A stretch of 64,000 nt of DNA. Source: Heteronotia binoei (Eukaryota). Where the stretch lies: NCBI RefSeq assembly GCF_032191835.1, contig NC_083223.1:56544001-56608000 (forward strand), written 5' to 3'. Position numbers and translations under genes: made by a program. Each line of letters opens with the position of its first letter. Within the stretch, counting starts at the first letter, position 1. The notes beneath the pieces were generated by a model. The model saw nothing but the letters and a program-made list of their open reading frames with translations, did not search any database and was not told the DNA's origin. Of the stretch, positions 58,453 through 64,000 are shown piece after piece.

Positions 58453-60039
58453 ACACATTTCATATTAGTGTAAGAGCCCTGTCCATGATGAGAAGTGTCA
58501 GCCACCGAGTTAGCTGTTTTCTAATCCCTGGCAGTGTGCTAAAATCAGAACATTAATTGTAACACTATGTTATTGCCCTAAGGCTCACAGAACGCTTTAT
58601 TACCACAGCCCTAAGACGTCCAAAGGAAAACTATGATTAATTCACTGCAATCAAGAGCTGCATCACAACCCTTTTTGCAATCACAGGTTATTATGCCAGA
58701 TGCACATTACAGGTCACACAAGAAAACAGGATACACAAGTATGCTATCAACTCTGGAGATGTCAGAGGCATAGGTTAACTCTTTCAACATCAACTGAGAT
58801 TTTAGCAATTGAGGTGTTAATGTAGTCTACTGAGAAATATTTGAATAATTTATTTTGTTGGCCTCATTCCATCTATTTTTCATATATGCCCAATACATGC
58901 TACCCACCCACTTCTTGCAGCAGTGATTTCAGACTAGGGGTAACCCTACATGTGTTGGAATTCTTTGTCAGAAAATCCACTGCAGACACCAAGGCTTTAT
59001 CTTTTTTATATCTTCCAGGATCTAATTCTAGCCTGCAAAATGAATGAACTTTTTTTTTAAGGCTGCCCAATGGTTGTTTTACATTGTTCTTATGCCGTAA
59101 CGTATTTTTAATGGCTTGCTGTTGTTTTTACGGTTTTAAGATATTGATCTTACTTAAGAACCACCTCAAGCAAGTGTTTGGAGAAGTGGCATATAAATAA
59201 ATGAATTTTTCTTTGCAATTATCCAAGCAAAGCATGGGTAAAGAGGCAGAGTCACTCAGGGTGGAATGGTCACAGCTGAGACTGGGAATTGTAAAATGGG
59301 AAATGGAAAGTTTCTCTTCGCAATCCTGGGAGTGAGTGAGCTAAACTGGAATCAGGGCATTTTCAGTCAGAAAATTACAAAGTGGGGGAATGACACACAG
59401 AAGAAATATATATAGTGAGGAGACATGTAGTGCAGATAGGATTGCAAGAACAGAGGAAGACACAACATGAGATGGTGTGACTCAATCAAGGTGGCCCTAG
59501 CCCTCAGTTTGCAAGACCTGAGCAAGGCTTAAAGCAGGACATTTGGGAGGTAATTAATTCATAGGGTCACGCTAAATTGGAAGAGACTTGAGGGCACTCA
59601 ACACACACACACTTATTTACTCAGTTTCCACCCTGCCTTCCTGCCCAATGGGAGCCAAAGCGACTTACCTTCATTTTATCAACTCTGCAAGATAGGCAAG
59701 GCTGACCATCGGTGAATACCTCAAGCTCACCCAGTGAGCTTCCATGGGAGAGAGTAGCAATTCATTCAACAGGGCTTACTCAGAAGCCAGAGTACATACC
59801 GATTGTTATCCTTTAAAGGATTTTGTAAATTTCCCAAAGAGGTATCTCATTATCTGTTTAAATAGATAAATAAAACGAGGTTTAGGCCGAGATCCTATGC
59901 ATGGTTACTGAGAAGGTCATTAGTAGGACCTGGATAAACAGTCATGAGTGTCTCCTAATTTTAAAACTGCTTTGTTCTGGACAACAGTGAATCTTGTGAG
60001 CTGGGTCAGACAATGCTTAAAAAGCAGTTTCCTATTTAA

Positions 60040-60860
60040 TAAACTGCGACTCCGCTCGGTCCTAGCGCCGTGTTTCTGCATTTGGGAGGCTTTCCTTTGA
60101 AGTCTACTGTACGTAACTGTTTAAAAACTAAAAGGGCGTTGTTTCGAATCCAGCTGGATTTCCTGCCGGCACAAATGAACCGTGTTGTGCAACTGCAGTT
60201 AACGTAGCCGCTTTTCTTCCTCCCCTCCTCCCGGTAGAGGGAAATGGTTTGCTCTAAGCGACAGGCTAATGCAAGGCGAAAGGAAGCGAGAGTGCATGCG
60301 AGCGGGGCCTTGGCGGAGTGAATCGAGCTCTGGCTGGTGTTTTCTTTTGCATTTGTCACGCAATTGGCGCCGCGATGGGGAAGAAGTCCCGACTTGGCCG
60401 ATTGGGAGGCTGCCGAGCAGCAATTCGGAGCGCATGACCAGAAAGAGAAGGACGAGGAGCAACAAGAAAACGGAGGCCTGTATCCTTCCAACAGCCTAGC
60501 CGGTAAGTAAGCTTTGCCCCTCCCCAAAAGCGCCGGCAAAGCCTCCCTGATCAGTTTCAGTTCTGGTTCCTCTTGCAAAGAGCATCGGAGCTTCAGGGAA
60601 GAGGCGGCTGGCTTGTGCGCCATCCTGGGTCTTTGAAACGGGAAAAGACGTGATAGAATTACCGTTAATGGGCCTTTCTGGGCACCAAGGAAACCCCGCG
60701 GAGAGCTGTGTTGGTTTTCCTCCTCTTCGGTGAGAGCACGGTAGGGTACGGGGAAGAAACCTAGCCCTAAAATGATAGGCAAGCAAGGCCACGGGAGCGG
60801 AAGCAGGCCCTCATCGGTGCAAACTTACTCGCATCCTTTGTTCGCCCGCTCACTTCTTAG
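60040..60860 (+). promoter_or_regulatory. CLN8: CpG-island promoter of CLN8
   Basis: Only extended CpG-dense stretch in the window; two reverse CCAAT boxes (ATTGG 60363-60367, 60401-60405); followed by a splice donor. Confidence 0.8.
60410..60502 (+). other. CLN8: Putative non-coding first exon of CLN8 (start approximate)
   Basis: CCG|GTAAGT donor at 60503 inside the CpG island; next strong acceptor with CLN8 coding sequence at 63743. Confidence 0.65.
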
Positions 60861-60941
60861 AATTGTTTGCTGAAGGTAACTAATACAGGCCAGGGAACAC
60901 AGTTGGAGCCCGCCCCCCCTTGAATAAGGACTTTGCAAAAC

Positions 60942-61120
60942 ACTGCTGTTTAGGAATGGTAGCCTCTAGGAGGGATCTGGGAATCTCCTGGGATTATAGT
61001 TTACACCCAGAATACAGAGAACAGTTCTCTGGAGAAAATGGATGCTTTGGAGGGTGGATTCCACCGTCACCCCTGTTCTCCCCAGGTTCCAGCCCCAAAT
61101 CTCCAAGAGTTTTCCAACCT
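60942..61120. mobile_element. Decayed TAGGGTTGCCA-family MITE fragment (inverted)
   Basis: CTGGAGAAAATGGATGCTTTGGAGGGTGGATTC is the reverse complement of the family core. Confidence 0.6.
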
Positions 61121-61124
61121 GGAT

Positions 61125-61597
61125 CTCTGCTTCTGCTGAATCAGACTGTTGATTCATCAAAGTCACTGTTGTCTAGACTAGGGGTGGCCAAACATGGTTA
61201 ATGTAAGAGCCACATAGAATAAACGCCGGACGTTTGAGGGCGGGCAGGTAAATAGATGGGAGGAGGGAGGCAGAGTTGGAAAGAAAGCAACTTTAAATGC
61301 ATTCTCTAAGCTGCTGGCTTGACTTGAAGGAGTGATTTAAAGAGTTTTCCTAGCCAGCCAATTGGGCGGTGGGGGCTTCAAGAGCCACACAATATATGTG
61401 AAAGAGCCACATGTGGCTCCTGAGCTGCAGTTTGGCCACCTCTGGTCTAGACAAACTGGCAGCAGCTCTCCAGGGCCTCGGAGAGATTTTTCCTGTCAAC
61501 TCCTACCATATCCTTTCATTTGGCTATGCCAGGAATTGAACCTGGGACCTTCTGAATGCTAGGTAGATGCTCAGCTGCTGAGACACAGCCCCTTCCC
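61125..61597 (-). mobile_element. tRNA-head SINE (Squam2-like), split by a Charlie-like MITE
   Basis: Minus-strand head GGGAAGGGGCTGTGTCTCAGCAG...AGGTCCCAGGTTCAATTCC; halves join across the TSD. Confidence 0.7.
61179..61444. mobile_element. hAT Charlie-like MITE
   Basis: TIRs TAGGGGTGGCCAAAC / GTTTGGCCACCTCTG; perfect palindromic TSD GTCTAGAC (NTCTAGAN preference known for Charlie elements). Confidence 0.9.
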
Positions 61598-61977
61598 ATC
61601 AGTTACAGATGTTAGATGAGCCTCTATTTTTTTTTTTTTTGCTTGACTAGATTTGAATTGTGCATAACTACTTTTCAGGATGGACTTGGCCCTTCTGTTT
61701 ATTTTTGTCCTCCCTCAGTAAAAGGTCTGCCTAATGAGGATCCATTTGCTGCATCTGACAAAGGCAACACCTTGTGCAGGAATTTATAGAAACAAATACA
61801 TTTATACCCTGCCCCTCCCATGAACAAATAATAATTCAGGTGCCACTGGGCTCCGCTGTATTTGATCTCAAATGGGTGCTTTTCATTACAAAACATTGTA
61901 GTAACATACCTTTGGAAAATTGTAAAGGAATTCTGGGGCCTGTTTCACTGAATGCTGTTGTAGCTTCTTTTTTTTTA

Positions 61978-62177
61978 ATTGCTTTCAAGAAGCAGCTGCT
62001 CTATGGTGACCCCATGGGGTTTTCAAGGCAAGGAGATGTTCAGAGGTGGTTTCCCATTGCCTGCCTCCACATCACAACCCTGGTTTTCCTTGGAGGTCTC
62101 CCATCCATATACTGGCCAGGGCCAACCCTGCTTGGTTTCCAAGATCTGACAAGATAAGCCTAGCCTGGCTTATCCTA
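61978..62177 (-). mobile_element. 5S rRNA-derived SINE
   Basis: GGTCTCCCATCCATATACTGGCCAGGGCCAACCCTGCTTGG is reverse-complement 5S homology. Confidence 0.82.
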
Positions 62178-62454
62178 CTAACCTTGGTAACTGTTTTCTA
62201 TAGACCTCTACGTAAGTACTGACTGTGTATTCACTAGTGAGGGATTAATTGCTGGTGACTTAAATAAAAAAGATTTTGGTTTGTAGCACTCCATCAGCTC
62301 CTTGGGAAAAAAGGCAAAATTTATACTAGGGATTATCCAGAATACTGAAAGTTAGTCTCTTAGTAGCTCTGTATATATCTACAATGAGGTGGCTTTCGGA
62401 AATATCTACAAGTAGAGTGCCATACAATTGAAAAAGAGCTGCTGAAACTATTAA

Positions 62455-62600
62455 GTAGAAAAGAGCAAGAACCCAGTAACACCTTAAAGAATAACAAAAG
62501 ACTGTCACAAATTTTGTTAGTCATTAAAGTGCTACTGGACTCTTGCTCTTTTCTGCTGTTGCAGACAAACCAACATGGCTACCTACCTTGAAATGATTAA
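62455..62600. mobile_element. Two Penelope terminal fragments in inverted orientation
   Basis: 45-bp arms 62455-62499 and 62512-62556 with 7 mismatches; right arm continues as GCAGACAAACCAACATGGCTACC. Confidence 0.7.
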
Positions 62601-62624
62601 GGGTTTTGTTGTCTTTTTCCACTG

Positions 62625-62830
62625 TGAGGACCCATAGCAGTTTACATCATTCCCCCGTCTTTCATTTTATCTTCATTTTATCTTCCCCAAAACTCTCTGA
62701 GGTAAGTTAGGCTGAGAATGTGTAACTGGCTCAGGGTTAACCAGTGAGTTTCTGTGGTGGAGTGGGGTTTTGAACTGGGGCTCCCAAATCTTAGACTGAC
62801 AGTATAACCACTACCCACACTGGCTTTTGT
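62625..62830 (-). mobile_element. MIR/Squam3-type SINE
   Basis: GTAAGTTAGGCTGAGA...TTGAACTGGGGCTCCC..ATC...TAACCACTACCCACACTGGCT. Confidence 0.7.
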
Positions 62831-63239
62831 GGGGTGGCTGCTGTTGAACAGAATTTGCTGCCATTCCCTAATTGAGTCACACAAGTCATGTGGTAGCAGG
62901 CTGCCCTGTGGTTGCTGCCATGCCTGGCCTCATTTGTTAGAAGGTGATTTTACTACCTATCTTCAAGCCTTCTCTCTAAGCAAAGAAATTTAATCCAGAG
63001 TGCTGAACATGGGAGATTTAAGACTCCTGCTGTGGCTTTAAACCAGACATTGGGAGACTGGTACCACTTCATCAAGCCCATCCATCATATTAAAAATGTT
63101 CTGATTAGTGAAATAGTTACTAAATGTGGCATCTAAGATTGTTGCTAAATTACTGTCAATCAGACATTGAAAAACTGGTATCACTGGTTCAAGTTAATCA
63201 AAACTAGAAATGTGAATAAGCGTGCAGTTGATAAGATTC

Positions 63240-63365
63240 AGTTGGGTAGCTAGCTGGATCTGATGGAAGTGTGCATGGACATAAAAGCTTATACCAACAA
63301 TTAAACTTTTTTATACCTATAATTATACTTCATTGATCTTAAAGGTGCCACTGGACTCAAACCCT
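63240..63365 (+). mobile_element. Penelope-like terminal remnant with decayed hammerhead-like core
   Basis: CTGATGGAAGTGTGCATGGACATAAAAGCTTATACC...GATCTTAAAGGTGCCACTGGACTC. Confidence 0.7.
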
Positions 63366-63743
63366 TTTTCTGTGCAGTTAAGTGTTACCATTTTGTATTT
63401 TTATTGTTATTATTGCCCTTAGTGGGTCATGCAAACAGCTATTCTGAATAGTGCTTTTTATTGAGCAGTGTAGGGGACACTGGGGGTGAGTTTATGAAAC
63501 TAAGGGCATGGTGAACTGAAAACGTCTGGGAACCATGGTTCTATTATTTTGCGTTTTTTAAAAACCTCTAGCATGTTTTTGTTTTTTAAAGATTGCAGAT
63601 TTTTCAATCTTTAAAGCTTTCTCAGGATTGCAGAAAAGACCTGTTCTTGCCTGTTCATGGCTCCAATCTCTGGTTGCAGTCTCTGGATTTAGTTTTGCCA
63701 TGACATGAAAATATCTGCATCCTTTTTTTCCCTTTTTTTTCAG

Positions 63744-63863
63744 ATGGCAAAGTGGACTTGGTCATCGTTCAATGTAGAGGCAAAAGTTCAAGATCCTTAA
63801 AAAGACCCATCGTGTGGTTCCTCCCAAGTTCCCACAAAGTGGTTTGCAACATAAACAAAAAAC
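63744..63863 (+). other. CLN8: 5' UTR portion of the first CLN8 coding exon
   Basis: Strong acceptor CCTTTTTTTCCCTTTTTTTTCAG at 63721-63743. Confidence 0.8.
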
Positions 63864-64000
63864 ATGGTTGAAGAAGATGGTGATGTGGCATCCAGATCTG
63901 TTTTCGCCTGGGATTATGTTTTGTGGGAAGTTCGTCTGAAATTAGTGGTGGCTGGATTTTTCATCTACCTGGGAGTGTTTTTTTTCTCACACTACCTATC
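63864..64000 (+). CDS. CLN8: CLN8 (ER transmembrane TLC-domain protein), N-terminal 45 codons, continues past window
   Basis: MVEEDGDVASRSVFAWDYVLWEVRLKLVVAGFFIYLGVFFFSHYLS aligns by eye to the recalled human N-terminus (..[37 protein letters not shown]); synteny with DLGAP2. Confidence 0.88.
   Translation, partial: MVEEDGDVASRSVFAWDYVLWEVRLKLVVAGFFIYLGVFFFSHYL

Noticed and set aside
60355-60405. CLEAR (TFEB) or ERSE element in the CLN8 promoter
   Set aside because: GTCACGCAAT is only a half match to GTCACGTGAC, and neither ATTGG has CGTGG at the ERSE spacing.
60036-60782. 248-aa minus-strand ORF over the CpG island
   Set aside because: Starts at TTG, has no recognisable domain, and stop codons are depleted in GC-rich DNA; likely a chance ORF.

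Overview
Vertebrate genomic DNA. The repeats (Sauria/Squam-type SINEs, 5S-derived SINEs, abundant small hAT MITEs) indicate a squamate, probably a gecko (inference). Genes on the + strand: the last three coding exons of DLGAP2/SAPAP2 (10154-10245, 17731-17883, 21862-22080) with a probably very long 3' UTR (to ~30.7 kb); then a ~30-kb repeat-rich intergenic region; then the CpG-island promoter, non-coding first exon and first 45 codons of CLN8 (ATG 63864). This gene order matches the known DLGAP2-CLN8 synteny. The dominant accessory feature is a full-length, apparently intact LINE-1 on the - strand (41290-47986, 13-bp TSD, ORF1 331 aa, ORF2 1293 aa). It has a very short 125-nt 5' UTR with a strong splice-acceptor-like sequence 1 nt before the ORF1 AUG and an antisense splice donor. 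Its 1462-nt inter-ORF spacer contains an upstream ORF overlapping the ORF2 start. Other candidates worth testing: an alternative DLGAP2 last exon lacking the Shank-binding -QTRL, an in-frame 33-nt microexon, a 164-bp inverted repeat of non-repeat-looking DNA, MITE hairpins in the 3' UTR, and decayed Penelope hammerhead motifs. I cannot demonstrate a new biological system from sequence alone. The L1 expression architecture is the best candidate. All repeat-family names come from recalled consensus features, not from database searches.
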